Assembly: GCA_033764955.1 (NCBI GenBank)
Contig: JANRIL010000032.1
Span: forward strand, 1-64,000
Direction of reading: 5' to 3'
DNA: 64,000 bases
Source: Cyanobacteriota bacterium
GTDB taxonomy: Bacteria; Cyanobacteriota; Cyanobacteriia; Thermostichales; Thermostichaceae
The notes beneath the pieces are model-generated. The model made no database searches. It had not been told where the DNA came from and was given only the letters and a program-made list of their open reading frames with translations. The position numbers and the translations under genes were made by a program. Positions 19,523-29,673 of this stretch are shown here, piece after piece. Position 1 is the stretch's first letter; every line of letters begins with the position of its first letter.

Positions 19523-20410
19523 TTAGTAGGTTTCTTCGTGCCACTTGTCTGACTTCTTCAGATCTTTTTGGAATTTAGACCATTCCAAACCTGCCGCTTC
19601 AGCCAACGGATTCATGATGGCGTTAATTCCATCTTCCATCCCCTTCAGACCACAAATGTAGGTGTAGGTAGAGGGCTTTTGCAGAAGATCCCAGAGTTCG
19701 TGGCTATACTCCGCCATGCGATTTTGCACATACATTTTCTCGCCTTTGTCGTTTTTCTGTTCCCGACTGATGGCGTAGTCAACCCGGAAGCGGTCGCCAT
19801 AAAGTTGACGATACCGCTCAAGATCCTCGTGATAGAGCAATGTAGAGCTAGTCGGCACTCCAAAGAATAGCCAGATATTGCCCGTAAAGCTGGGATCCTC
19901 CTCAAAGAGATGCTTGATGAAGGCACGGAAGGGGGCAATCCCCGTACCGGTGGCGATCAAAATCAAGGTGGCGTTGGCATCTTCTGGCAGCAAAAAGGTT
20001 TTGCCGGCAGGTCCGGTGATCATCACGTCATCCCCAACCTGGGCATCCGTCAAAAAGCCCGAGCAAACCCCCACCCCTGGCTGACCAGTGGTGGTATCCA
20101 CATATTCGGCTCGCTTGATACTGAGGGAAACGGTTTTCCCTTCTCCATCATCCCCATAGCGGGTGGAGGCAATCGAATAAAGGCGGGGTTTGTGGGGCTT
20201 TCCCTTCGCATCCGTGCCGGGGGGAATAATACCAATGCTTTGCCCCTCTACATAGCGAAAATTGGGATCCGGCAAGCTCAGGATAATGTGTTTGGTTAGC
20301 CCTGGTGCTCCCTCTCCCACGAGAGAATAGGTTTCAACCACTTTGCCCACCAATGGAGCATTGGGTCGATAAAGATTGACAACGATCTCCTGTTCGGCGG
20401 CAACAACCAT
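19523..20410 (-). CDS. petH: Ferredoxin-NADP+ reductase (short form)
   Basis: PRLYSIAS, GVCSGFL, IATGTGIAPFR, YVQNRM, YICGLKGM, WHEETY. Start placed at MVVAAEQ. Confidence 0.95.
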   Translation of the reverse strand: MVVAAEQEIVVNLYRPNAPLVGKVVETYSLVGEGAPGLTKHIILSLPDPNFRYVEGQSIGIIPPGTDAKGKPHKPRLYSIASTRYGDDGEGKTVSLSIKRAEYVDTTTGQPGVGVCSGFLTDAQVGDDVMITGPAGKTFLLPEDANATLILIATGTGIAPFRAFIKHLFEEDPSFTGNIWLFFGVPTSSTLLYHEDLERYRQLYGDRFRVDYAISREQKNDKGEKMYVQNRMAEYSHELWDLLQKPSTYTYICGLKGMEDGINAIMNPLAEAAGLEWSKFQKDLKKSDKWHEETY

Positions 20411-20751
20411 AATCCTGATCTTCTCCTGCGACAACAGCAACCAATCGATAATGCCACGATCTTCCCTGATACGATAGCAGCCCATCCCGCTAATGCCTAT
20501 GCCAGAGGGATAATGGGGATCGATGAAGATCCCTGGAGAGTGCCTGAGGGGGATGCCGCTGAATCCGCTAGAGAGGGCAGAAAAATTAGGCAAATGGATA
20601 GGTTTAAGGGGATCCCGGCTGTGGGGAAGAGCGTTGGGTTATTCCGATGAAATCCGCCTTGGCGGATCAGCAGTCCAACTGGCAGCAGCAGTCTTGAGAT
20701 TTTGTTAAATTTGATCCGAAGATGTGGGATTATGAAAGCTGTCCAGGCATC

Positions 20752-20781
20752 GATCCCCAGTTCAAGGATCCCCAGTTCAAG
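20752..20781 (+). repeat. Perfect 15-nt tandem duplication in the petH-prk intergenic region
   Basis: GATCCCCAGTTCAAG x2 (20752-20766 and 20767-20781). Confidence 0.85.
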
Positions 20782-20819
20782 TCGTCTGTCAAGTCGCGTG
20801 GGTCACTGAAGGAGAACTT

Positions 20820-21842
20820 ATGGCAAACAGTCCAGACCGTGTTGTGATGATCGGGGTTGCCGGAGACTCAGGGTGTGGAAAATCCACCTTTCTCCGCCGG
20901 TTGGAGGATCTGTTTGGCAAGGATCTGATCACAACGATTTGTTTGGATGATTACCACTCCCTCGACCGCTATCAACGCAAAGAGAAAGGGATCACTGCTC
21001 TCGATCCACGGGCGAACAACTTTGATCTGATGTATGAGCAAGCTAAGGCTCTCAAAGCGAGTCAAAGCATCATGAAGCCCATTTATAACCATGAAACGGG
21101 CTTGATTGATCCTCCTGAGCTGATCGAACCCAACCGGATTGTGGTTCTGGAAGGACTGCATCCTCTCTACGATGAACGGGTGCGTAACCTCCTGGATTTC
21201 AAGGTCTATTTGGATCTCAGCTCAGAGATCAAGGTGGCATGGAAAGTCCAACGGGATATGGCCGAGCGAGGGCATACCTATGAAGATGTCTTGCGCTCCA
21301 TTGAGGCTCGTCGCCCCGATTTTGAAGCCTATATCGATGTACAAAAGCAATATGCGGATGCCGTGATTGAGGTGCTGCCCACCCAGCTATTGCCAGAATT
21401 GGATAAGGAACACAAGGTGCTGCGGGTGCGGCTGGTGCAGCGGGATGAGGTCAAGTATTTTCAGCACATCTATTTGTTTGATGAGGGCTCGACGATTGAC
21501 TGGATCCCCTGTGGGAAAAAGCTGACCTGCTCCTATCCAGGGATCCGTATGCACTACGGTCCTTCTAGCTACTATGGTCATTCGGTTTCCCTATTAGAAA
21601 TTGATGGGCAATTCGACAAGCTAGAAGAACTCATCTACGTCGAAACCCATCTCAGCGAAACCTCTACCCACTTCCACGGCGAACTCACAGAATTGCTCCG
21701 TAAACACCCCGAATATCCCGGATCCCGCAACGGCTCAGGGTTGATTCAGGTGATTGTGGGGTTGAAGTTGCGTGCCCTCTATGAGCAAATTCGCTCGGAA
21801 GTTGGTCAAGAAGCAGCCCAAAGGGTGGCGGTTGCCTCCTGA
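20820..21842 (+). CDS. prk: Phosphoribulokinase
   Basis: GVAGDSGCGKST, ICLDDYHSLDR, EGLHP, RDMAERGH, PCGKKLTCSYPG. Confidence 0.97.
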   Translation: MANSPDRVVMIGVAGDSGCGKSTFLRRLEDLFGKDLITTICLDDYHSLDRYQRKEKGITALDPRANNFDLMYEQAKALKASQSIMKPIYNHETGLIDPPELIEPNRIVVLEGLHPLYDERVRNLLDFKVYLDLSSEIKVAWKVQRDMAERGHTYEDVLRSIEARRPDFEAYIDVQKQYADAVIEVLPTQLLPELDKEHKVLRVRLVQRDEVKYFQHIYLFDEGSTIDWIPCGKKLTCSYPGIRMHYGPSSYYGHSVSLLEIDGQFDKLEELIYVETHLSETSTHFHGELTELLRKHPEYPGSRNGSGLIQVIVGLKLRALYEQIRSEVGQEAAQRVAVAS

Positions 21843-21936
21843 GAACGAGACGGGATCCCTCTCCCTCTACTATGTGGGGCGTAGGGCAACAGGATGGGTA
21901 GTTAGCTAAACTTTAAATGGATGCTACCGACCGTGG

Positions 21937-22788
21937 ATGCTTCGCCTGCACTCTGCCTATGTGATGCTGACCCCCGCTCTGTTGGTGGTGGGGATCCTTT
22001 TCGGTGGCGGGTTGGCTTTGGCTATCGGGCAAAGTGTCGGCTTGATTAGCCTAGTGGCGGATCCCCAGTTCACCGTAGCGGCTTATGGGCAGGTTTTACG
22101 GGAGCCAGATTTTTGGCGTTCGTTGGGGGTCAGTCTTTATCTGGCTCTGTTGGGAACGGGCTTGAGTGTGGGGCTGAGTGTGGGCTTAGCTATAGCGATG
22201 CGAGGAATGGCTGCCTGGGTCAGCTTTGCTTTACAACTCACCTTGCCGATCCCTCATTTGGTGGGGGTGGTAGGTATGCTGCTCCTGTTATCCCCCTCCG
22301 GTTGGTTGGCTCGGATGGCTCTGGCGGGGGGCTGGATTGGAACTGATCAAGATTTTCCGTTACTGGTTAATGATCCGGGCTATCGAGGGGTATTGATCCA
22401 TTTTTTGTGGAAAGAGATTCCCTTTGCTACCCTGATTTTGCTGTCGGTGCTACATAGTATTCGACCGGGGTATGAAATGCAGGCGCGGCTTTTGGGAGCT
22501 ACGGCTTGGCAAAGTTTTTGGCATGTTACCCTTCCCCTCCTGCGACCGGGCATTCTCTCCGCCAGCGTGATCATCTTTGGCTTTATTTTGGGATCCTTTG
22601 AAGTGCCCTTTTTGCTGGGGGCAACCCATCCCCCCACCCTCTCGGTACAGATTTATCGCTGGTTCACCGATGTGGATTTGCAGCGGCGATCAGAAGCGAT
22701 GGCGTTGGCGGTGATTTTGGCAATAGTGTCTAGTGGCTTGGTGGCGGTGTATCTCTGGTTGGGGGATCGCTGGGGGAGTAAGTCATGA
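21937..22788 (+). CDS. ABC transporter permease (PotB-like)
   Basis: Multi-TM; EAA-like loop YEMQARLLGATAWQSF; FEVPFLLG. Confidence 0.85.
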   Translation: MLRLHSAYVMLTPALLVVGILFGGGLALAIGQSVGLISLVADPQFTVAAYGQVLREPDFWRSLGVSLYLALLGTGLSVGLSVGLAIAMRGMAAWVSFALQLTLPIPHLVGVVGMLLLLSPSGWLARMALAGGWIGTDQDFPLLVNDPGYRGVLIHFLWKEIPFATLILLSVLHSIRPGYEMQARLLGATAWQSFWHVTLPLLRPGILSASVIIFGFILGSFEVPFLLGATHPPTLSVQIYRWFTDVDLQRRSEAMALAVILAIVSSGLVAVYLWLGDRWGSKS

Positions 22789-23579
22789 TCCGCTATGGCC
22801 TGGTGGGTGGGGTGATTTTCCTGCTGTTGTTGCCTTTTTTGCCCATTCTTATTTGGTCGGGTGCCGAGGGATGGTATTTCCCGCAGGTGTGGCCGGAAAC
22901 CTGGAGCGGACAGGGCTGGGCGGCTGTCTTCGCGGCGGGATCCAAAGTGGGGGTGGGGTTTGGCCAAAGTTTGCTGATTGCGACCCTGGTCACGCTATTG
23001 GCCTTGCTGGTAGGGATCCCGGCGGGTCGCGCGATGGGTCTAGAGTCATTTTGGGGCAAGGCATGGTTCCGTTGGTTTTTGCTGCTCCCCATGCTGGTTT
23101 CTCCGCTGGCGGTTTTGCTGGGGATCCAATTTGTCATGATTCGTTTGCGGTTGCAGGGTAGCCTGCTAGGGGTAGTTTTGGTTCATCTGCTCCCCACGAT
23201 TCCCTACATGACCTTGGTGATGAGCAGCGTATTCGCCAACTTTGACACGAACTATGAAAAACAAGCGCGCGCGCTGGGGGCGGATCCCTGGCAAGTTTGG
23301 CGGCACGTTACCCTGCCGATGGTGCTGCCTGGCATTGCCGCCAGTGGCTTGTTTGCCTTTTTAATTTCTTGGAATGAGTTTCTGTTGACGTTTTTTGTCG
23401 GGGGAGGACAGGTTTTCACCCTACCTATGGTGCTGTTTACCCTTTTGCAAGGGGGGAATAATGGCCTATCGGCAGCCGTTGCTATGACCTCGATCCTTCC
23501 CGGCGTGATCCTCTTGGGCTTGACCAGCCGTATTTTGGGACAGTCAGGTATTGCCTTAGCAGGATTGGCCAAAAGCTGA
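22785..23579 (+). CDS. ABC transporter permease (PotC-like)
   Basis: YEKQARALGA, FLISWNEF; 4-nt overlap with the upstream permease. Confidence 0.85.
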   Translation: MIRYGLVGGVIFLLLLPFLPILIWSGAEGWYFPQVWPETWSGQGWAAVFAAGSKVGVGFGQSLLIATLVTLLALLVGIPAGRAMGLESFWGKAWFRWFLLLPMLVSPLAVLLGIQFVMIRLRLQGSLLGVVLVHLLPTIPYMTLVMSSVFANFDTNYEKQARALGADPWQVWRHVTLPMVLPGIAASGLFAFLISWNEFLLTFFVGGGQVFTLPMVLFTLLQGGNNGLSAAVAMTSILPGVILLGLTSRILGQSGIALAGLAKS

Positions 23580-23821
23580 ACCTAACGGCCACGGCTGTGA
23601 AGAAAAGGGATAGATTCGGAAGGATCCCCTTGGGGTTCCGCCTCAGTGGTAGAGTTGGGGGCTTCCTCAGGGGGAGGCAGCAATTGCATATAAGTGCTGT
23701 TAAGAGCTAACATCGCCAGCACCAAACCAAAAAAGCGGGTATGGGATCCCATCATGCTTTACCAATCCAGATGAATCAGCCAACTTATTGTTACTCTAGC
23801 CTGAAAGGGATCCTCTAGTTC

Positions 23822-26380
23822 TTGGCTGACCTGCTCCCTATGAGATGGCGCTTTTCCTTCCCTACTTTTCCGCCGGCGGGTCTTCGCTTCCAAATTTCCC
23901 TGGGTATTTTGGCTATTTTGACCGTGCTGTTTGCCGTTTTGGGATCCGCGCAAATTCTGCAACAACGACAACAATTACTCACCGAATGGCAACGCTATGG
24001 GCAAACGCTTGCTCAGCAGGTGGCGGCGGTAAGTTCTACTCCAAGTAGCCCCATCCACACCTTCAATGATCCACGTTTATTACAAAACCTAGAAGATTCT
24101 ATTGTTGCCAATTCGGGAGGGTTGGTACGTTTTTGCCGCATTTCAATTTGGGTAGGCGATCACTTGCGCTGGGTGAGAGAGATAGTTCCTGAGGGAGTTT
24201 ATTCGTTATCTATACCCTCTCTGTCTACACCATCTACTTCTACCTCAACTTCCGATTCACCTCCCAATTTACCTCCCGTTCATGCTCTGGCTTCAAGTAG
24301 CACTATCGAAACATTTCAGGCGGAAATTTGGGGTATTCGGGTTGAGGGACTACCGCAATCTCCCACAGAAAATATCGGTCATTTGCAGGAATGTCGGGAT
24401 CCCATTTCTGGGCAGACAGAGCTAGAAGTTAGTCCGGAGGGATGGCGTTTACAACCCCAAGAATGCCGTAGGCAGGGCAGTCAAGTCTGGCAGAAAGCAG
24501 GCTGTCGAGAGGTGCCAGAAGCCCTTGTTCCCTACCAAGAATGTCGTATTGTAGAAGGAACCGTCAGGATTGGATTGGATCGAGCCTATATCGATCAAAA
24601 AATTCAACACACTAGTTTGCAACTATCCTTAGGATGGTTGGTATTGTTGGGAATTTTGATGCTTATTCTGCATCGATTTTTAGACTATTTATTAGTGAAC
24701 CCGATTATTCGTTTATCTCAGGTGACACAAGCTATTGCATCAGGAATATTTACACAAACTCATTTACCGATGACTCACAATGAGGTGGGTGTTTTAGCCC
24801 AATCTCTTGATCAAATGAGCCAGCAACTTCAGCAGCGTACTACCCAGTTAGCGATGGCTGTCGAGCAAGCAGAAATCGCCCGTTCCACTGCTGAAAAGGC
24901 AAACCAAGCCAAAAGTCAGTTTCTTTCCAACATGAGTCATGAGCTACGCACCCCTCTCAATGCCATGCTGGGCTTTACGCAATTACTAAGTCGTGAGGGA
25001 TCCCTTAACAGGCAGCAACAGCAACACCTCAACATTATTCGTCAGAGTGGGGAACATTTACTCACACTTATTAATGATGTCTTAGAGATGTCAAAAATTG
25101 AGGCTGGCCGTTTGTTTGTTGAAGAAGGAGTATGTAATCTGCAAGCACTTCTAACCACTCTCTATGAGATGTCTCTTCTACAGGCAACTAGCAAGGGTAT
25201 TAGCCTAATTTTTGAACCTGATCCACTGATTCCTAATCAAATTTATACTGACGAGCGAAAACTACGACAAGTCTTAACGAATTTACTGGGAAATGCTATC
25301 AAATTTACTCCCACTGGTTCGGTGCGGCTTAGTGTTAGTCAGCAGAATACTTTAGCTATTCATTCTGATTCAGGCGATCAACCTATGCTGTATTTTGCAG
25401 TTATGGATACTGGGTTAGGCATTGCAGAATCTGAGCTTCAAGCCGTTTTTGAGCCATTTGTTCAATCGGCAAGCGGACGACAATCTTCGGAAGGAACGGG
25501 TTTGGGACTTGCAATTAGTCGGGAGTTTGTTCGATTGCTAGGGGGAGAATTACGTTTGATCAGTAGCTTGGGGCAAGGCTCCACTTTTAGTTTTAGCATT
25601 CCTCTCAAGTTGCTTAAAGGAAGCGATTATGTTAGTAAAAAACTTCAAGATACAGATCGGCAATCTATACAATGCCATCAATCTATCATTGGAATCAAAC
25701 CATTCTTATCAAACCCCAAAAATTTGGGGGGTTCCCCCACATTATGGCGAATTTTAGTAGCCGATGATCGCTGGGAAAATTGCTCCTTACTCTCTCAATT
25801 ATTGACCCCCATTGGCTTTGCAGTGAAGACCGTTCAAGATGGGCAAGCAGCCTTCGATTGCTGGCAAAATTGGGATCCCCAAGTGGTTATTATGGATATG
25901 CGAATGCCAATTATGGATGGATATTCAGCAACTCGTCAAATTCGCGCTCAAGCTACTAGCCATCAACCCATTATTATTGCTGTAACTGCCAGTGCCTTTG
26001 CTGAACAGCAAGCGGAAATTCTCGCCGCGGGTTGCAATGATTTATTGCGAAAACCTCTCCAAATTGAGCAGCTTTTGGATAAAATCGCAGAATATTTGCA
26101 GATAGAGTATATTTACCAAGACCTTCCTGCAGATCAGGGGATCCCTGCCGCAGAGATCTCAACACCAGCCGAGTGGCAGCAGGATTTGGAAGAAATGCCC
26201 CATACTTGGCTAGAACGACTTCGACAGGCAGCTCAACGGGTTAACCAAAAAGCAATCTTAAGCCTAATAGTAGAGATTCCTCCTAGCCACGTCAAATTAG
26301 CATCACGCTTAATTAATTTAACTGAGAATTATCAATTTGAAGAAATTATTGCTTACATAGAGCGAGTTCTGTATAACTAA
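23822..26380 (+). CDS. Hybrid sensor histidine kinase (periplasmic domain, HAMP, HisKA, HATPase, REC)
   Basis: Two TMs, FLSNMSHELRTPLN, NLLGNAIKFT, DTGLGI, GTGLGL, receiver ILVADD...MDMRMP...KP. Confidence 0.92.
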   Translation: MADLLPMRWRFSFPTFPPAGLRFQISLGILAILTVLFAVLGSAQILQQRQQLLTEWQRYGQTLAQQVAAVSSTPSSPIHTFNDPRLLQNLEDSIVANSGGLVRFCRISIWVGDHLRWVREIVPEGVYSLSIPSLSTPSTSTSTSDSPPNLPPVHALASSSTIETFQAEIWGIRVEGLPQSPTENIGHLQECRDPISGQTELEVSPEGWRLQPQECRRQGSQVWQKAGCREVPEALVPYQECRIVEGTVRIGLDRAYIDQKIQHTSLQLSLGWLVLLGILMLILHRFLDYLLVNPIIRLSQVTQAIASGIFTQTHLPMTHNEVGVLAQSLDQMSQQLQQRTTQLAMAVEQAEIARSTAEKANQAKSQFLSNMSHELRTPLNAMLGFTQLLSREGSLNRQQQQHLNIIRQSGEHLLTLINDVLEMSKIEAGRLFVEEGVCNLQALLTTLYEMSLLQATSKGISLIFEPDPLIPNQIYTDERKLRQVLTNLLGNAIKFTPTGSVRLSVSQQNTLAIHSDSGDQPMLYFAVMDTGLGIAESELQAVFEPFVQSASGRQSSEGTGLGLAISREFVRLLGGELRLISSLGQGSTFSFSIPLKLLKGSDYVSKKLQDTDRQSIQCHQSIIGIKPFLSNPKNLGGSPTLWRILVADDRWENCSLLSQLLTPIGFAVKTVQDGQAAFDCWQNWDPQVVIMDMRMPIMDGYSATRQIRAQATSHQPIIIAVTASAFAEQQAEILAAGCNDLLRKPLQIEQLLDKIAEYLQIEYIYQDLPADQGIPAAEISTPAEWQQDLEEMPHTWLERLRQAAQRVNQKAILSLIVEIPPSHVKLASRLINLTENYQFEEIIAYIERVLYN

Positions 26381-26400
26381 ACCGAATATCTCATTTCACC

Positions 26401-27360
26401 ATGAGCCAGAACATCAAGGGTAGCATTTTAGTTGTAGATGATACCCCCGCTAATCTACATCTACTCGCTTCACTTTTAAGTGAGGAGGGCTACGATGTGC
26501 GCTGCGTTTTGACGGGATCCGCCGCTCTCATGGGATCTCAAGCCGATCCTCCCGATCTAATTCTTTTGGATATTATGATGCCACAAATGGATGGCTACCA
26601 AGTATGCCATGAGCTTAAGTCTCATGCAGTGACTCAATTGATTCCAGTTATTTTTCTCAGTTCTTCAGGTGAGCTTTTTGACAAAGTTAAGGCTTTCAAG
26701 ATGGGAGGAGTGGATTATATTACTAAACCATTCCAGGCAGAAGAAGTCTTAGCACGTATCGAAAATCATCTCACCATCAAGCGATTACAACAACAGTTAA
26801 TTCTTAAAAATCAGGAGCTGCAAATTGCCAATCAAGAGTTATTGCGCTTGTCTCATCTGGATGGACTGACTCAATTAGCAAATCGTCGTCGATTTGATGA
26901 TTATTTTCACCAGGAATGGAAACGGATGAGCCGCGAGCGCTCATTTCTTTCTCTATTGCTGATTGATGTTGACTTTTTTAAGCGATTTAATGATCACTAT
27001 GGGCATCCTGCTGGCGATCAATGTCTGCAACAGGTGGCCGATGCCCTACGCCAATCTATTTTTCGCCCTAGTGACTTAGCGGCTCGTTATGGAGGAGAGG
27101 AGTTTGTTGTTGTTTTGCCCCACACCGATTCAGAAGGAATTCAGCAAGTAGCTCAACGAATTCAAACCCAGCTTTATCAACAACAAATACCCCATCAACA
27201 TTCTGAAGTTAGTTCATTCGTAACATTAAGTATGGGGGGCTGTTGTGGGATCCCGACATCTGAGCAAGCTCCAGTCACCTGGATTGAAATAGCTGATCAA
27301 CAACTTTATCAAGCTAAAAAACAAGGGCGCAACCAAATTATGATTAAAAGTCTTTGCTAG
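26401..27360 (+). CDS. Response regulator diguanylate cyclase (REC-GGDEF)
   Basis: VVDD, LLDIMMP, DGLTQLANRR, DVDFFKRFND, I-site RPSD, GGEEF active site. Confidence 0.93.
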   Translation: MSQNIKGSILVVDDTPANLHLLASLLSEEGYDVRCVLTGSAALMGSQADPPDLILLDIMMPQMDGYQVCHELKSHAVTQLIPVIFLSSSGELFDKVKAFKMGGVDYITKPFQAEEVLARIENHLTIKRLQQQLILKNQELQIANQELLRLSHLDGLTQLANRRRFDDYFHQEWKRMSRERSFLSLLLIDVDFFKRFNDHYGHPAGDQCLQQVADALRQSIFRPSDLAARYGGEEFVVVLPHTDSEGIQQVAQRIQTQLYQQQIPHQHSEVSSFVTLSMGGCCGIPTSEQAPVTWIEIADQQLYQAKKQGRNQIMIKSLC

Positions 27361-27416
27361 GTATTCTAACTATTAGATTAGTTTTAGAATCCCCAACCAA
27401 AAAATTGAATTTCAGT

Positions 27417-29528
27417 TTATTTTCGCTTAAATACCAGCAGTGTAATGTCATCATACACAGTTTGATCGCCAATGTGATGGCGTAGATCCTCAATGACCGC
27501 CTCTTTGATAGCTTCCGCCGATCGTTCCCAGTTATCTCTAATTACCCTACACAATCTTTCTATACCATAGAACTCTTTCTGCCGATTTTCAGCCTCTGTG
27601 ATCCCGTCGGTAAAAAGAACAATACCCTCATTAATGTCTAGCTCAATTAACTGATGGCTAATAAAATCGGCAATGTGGCTATCCATGCCAATAGGGAAAC
27701 CAAGATTGATGGTATCCACTAATTCAATCTTGCCTCCCTGGCGTATGATGATGGTTTCTTCATGCTGGCCACTAATGGTTACTTTACCCTCGAAATAGTT
27801 AAGGAGGGCAAGGGTCAAGTTTTTATCCGTATTCATTCTCTGAACATTTTTATAGATGGTGCGGTTTAAGGCATCTAAAAACTTGATAGAGTCATACTCC
27901 TGCATCTCCTTAAGAGTTCGGACAGCGGTCTGGGTCATCAACATTAAAATACCGCTTTCCAAACCATGTCCTGTCACATCTCCAATACTAATAGTAGTGA
28001 CTTCATCACCATACAAAACATCATAATAATCTCCACCCACTACCTCTGCAGGCTGCATAAAACCTGCAATATCTAAGCCTTTAATTTCTAGCTCTTTTGG
28101 TTTGGGTAAGATCATTTGTTGCATTCTTTTAATAATATCTAACTCAGCAGACATCTTCAGATTTTCTTTCTGTAATTGCTCATTAAGGTGGCTAATAGCT
28201 TGGTTTGCCACTGCCAATTCTTGAGTTCTTTCTGCTACCCTTAACTCAAGAGTGGAAAAAAATTCTTGTAGCTGACTAGACATACTATTAAATGCGATCG
28301 CCAACTTATTTAATTCCCAAATCTTACTCTGAGCAACAGTTTGATCGAAATTTCCCTGAGCCATTTTTTCAGAAGCAATCGTCAGTTGGTCGATGGGTCG
28401 GGTCAGCCACCTTGCCATAGCCAGTGCCGTAATCATGGCAATCATCAACGACACTCCACAAAGCATGATTGTGTTGCGATTATTTAGGTTAATTTCTGTT
28501 GCAAAATCAGATTCTGGAAGAGTAGTAACTATTAGCCAATCTAATCCATATTCATCCCGAAAGGGTTGAATTTTTACAAAATAGGTTTGATTTTCTATAT
28601 TTAATCGCTCAAAAGTGGGTATGGCTACTAACTCAAATCCTCCATAACGATCATATAGAAGATTAGCAATAGTTTTAGTGAGTGGGTGTTGGCTTTCTGT
28701 TACTAATACTCGCTCGGCACCGTAGTCTTTACGCTGAGATAAAAAGGGTTTTTCTCCAGTAGAGGTTGCTACTAATCCTCCTGATCGTTCAATCACAAAA
28801 GCTAAGCCTGTCTTACTTAACTTTAAATTATTTAGATAATTACTGATGCTAGTCAGACTGAAATTCGACAGTAATACCCCACGCAATTGCTGGTTTTGAT
28901 CATAAAAAGGGAGTGTAGCCCCTAAATAAGAAGTAACTCCTGCTGTATTTGGATAAATTGGTCCCCAGGTAGCCCGCTTTGCAGAGACTGCTGCCTGATA
29001 CCAAGGGCGAGTACGAGGATCAAAGGGAATTTGATGGAGAACTTTGAGATATTGACCTCTGACATCAGTAGCATAGGTATAAAACACAAATTGGGTTTCT
29101 TCGGTAGATACTCGCAGAGTTAATTGTCCATCGTCGTAGCGTTCTGAGCCAAGGTTGTGCTTATTTTCTAAGCCAACACCGACAAAAGATATCTTGGGAA
29201 ACATCTGCACCTGTTGCAAAAAATAAAGCTCCAGTTGGCGCATATTTTCTAAGTCTAGTTGCCCTAGCTCAATCGCTTGGGCATTTAGGTGGTTAATATG
29301 ATGGGGTAGGGCAATATACTCCCGTAAGTTGAGGGCAACCCGCTCGTTGGTCTCATCAAGCAGTGCCTCCGACAGGCGATTGATGGACTCTTGCCCATTG
29401 CGATAGGAAAAATAGCCAACTAAACTGACTGTAGCTAGTAGCAACAATGCGAAGGGTGTGACTAGAATTGTTTTCAAAGAAATAGAACTATTAGAATCCA
29501 TTCTCGATCTCCCAAAACTTCCCTGCAT
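27417..29528 (-). CDS. Cache-HAMP-SpoIIE (PP2C/RsbU-like) phosphatase
   Basis: TM, FDPRTRPWY Cache motif, HAMP, VGGDYYD, IGDVTGHG, LFTDGITEA, DDITLL. Confidence 0.9.
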   Translation of the reverse strand: MQGSFGRSRMDSNSSISLKTILVTPFALLLLATVSLVGYFSYRNGQESINRLSEALLDETNERVALNLREYIALPHHINHLNAQAIELGQLDLENMRQLELYFLQQVQMFPKISFVGVGLENKHNLGSERYDDGQLTLRVSTEETQFVFYTYATDVRGQYLKVLHQIPFDPRTRPWYQAAVSAKRATWGPIYPNTAGVTSYLGATLPFYDQNQQLRGVLLSNFSLTSISNYLNNLKLSKTGLAFVIERSGGLVATSTGEKPFLSQRKDYGAERVLVTESQHPLTKTIANLLYDRYGGFELVAIPTFERLNIENQTYFVKIQPFRDEYGLDWLIVTTLPESDFATEINLNNRNTIMLCGVSLMIAMITALAMARWLTRPIDQLTIASEKMAQGNFDQTVAQSKIWELNKLAIAFNSMSSQLQEFFSTLELRVAERTQELAVANQAISHLNEQLQKENLKMSAELDIIKRMQQMILPKPKELEIKGLDIAGFMQPAEVVGGDYYDVLYGDEVTTISIGDVTGHGLESGILMLMTQTAVRTLKEMQEYDSIKFLDALNRTIYKNVQRMNTDKNLTLALLNYFEGKVTISGQHEETIIIRQGGKIELVDTINLGFPIGMDSHIADFISHQLIELDINEGIVLFTDGITEAENRQKEFYGIERLCRVIRDNWERSAEAIKEAVIEDLRHHIGDQTVYDDITLLVFKRK

Positions 29529-29673
29529 CTAGGTTGCCTTTTTAGCTACGCTTTAGTATTACAAACAGAACTATTGCTCACAAACCCGAGTTAATTTCTT
29601 AAAAGATGTTAGATATTAATATCACTTTTCTAGATTGAGGTAGCCCACTCTTAGATGGAAAAAATCCTGAGCA

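Noticed and set aside
20411..20593. N-terminal extension of petH
   Set aside because: No CpcD similarity; probably non-coding promoter region.
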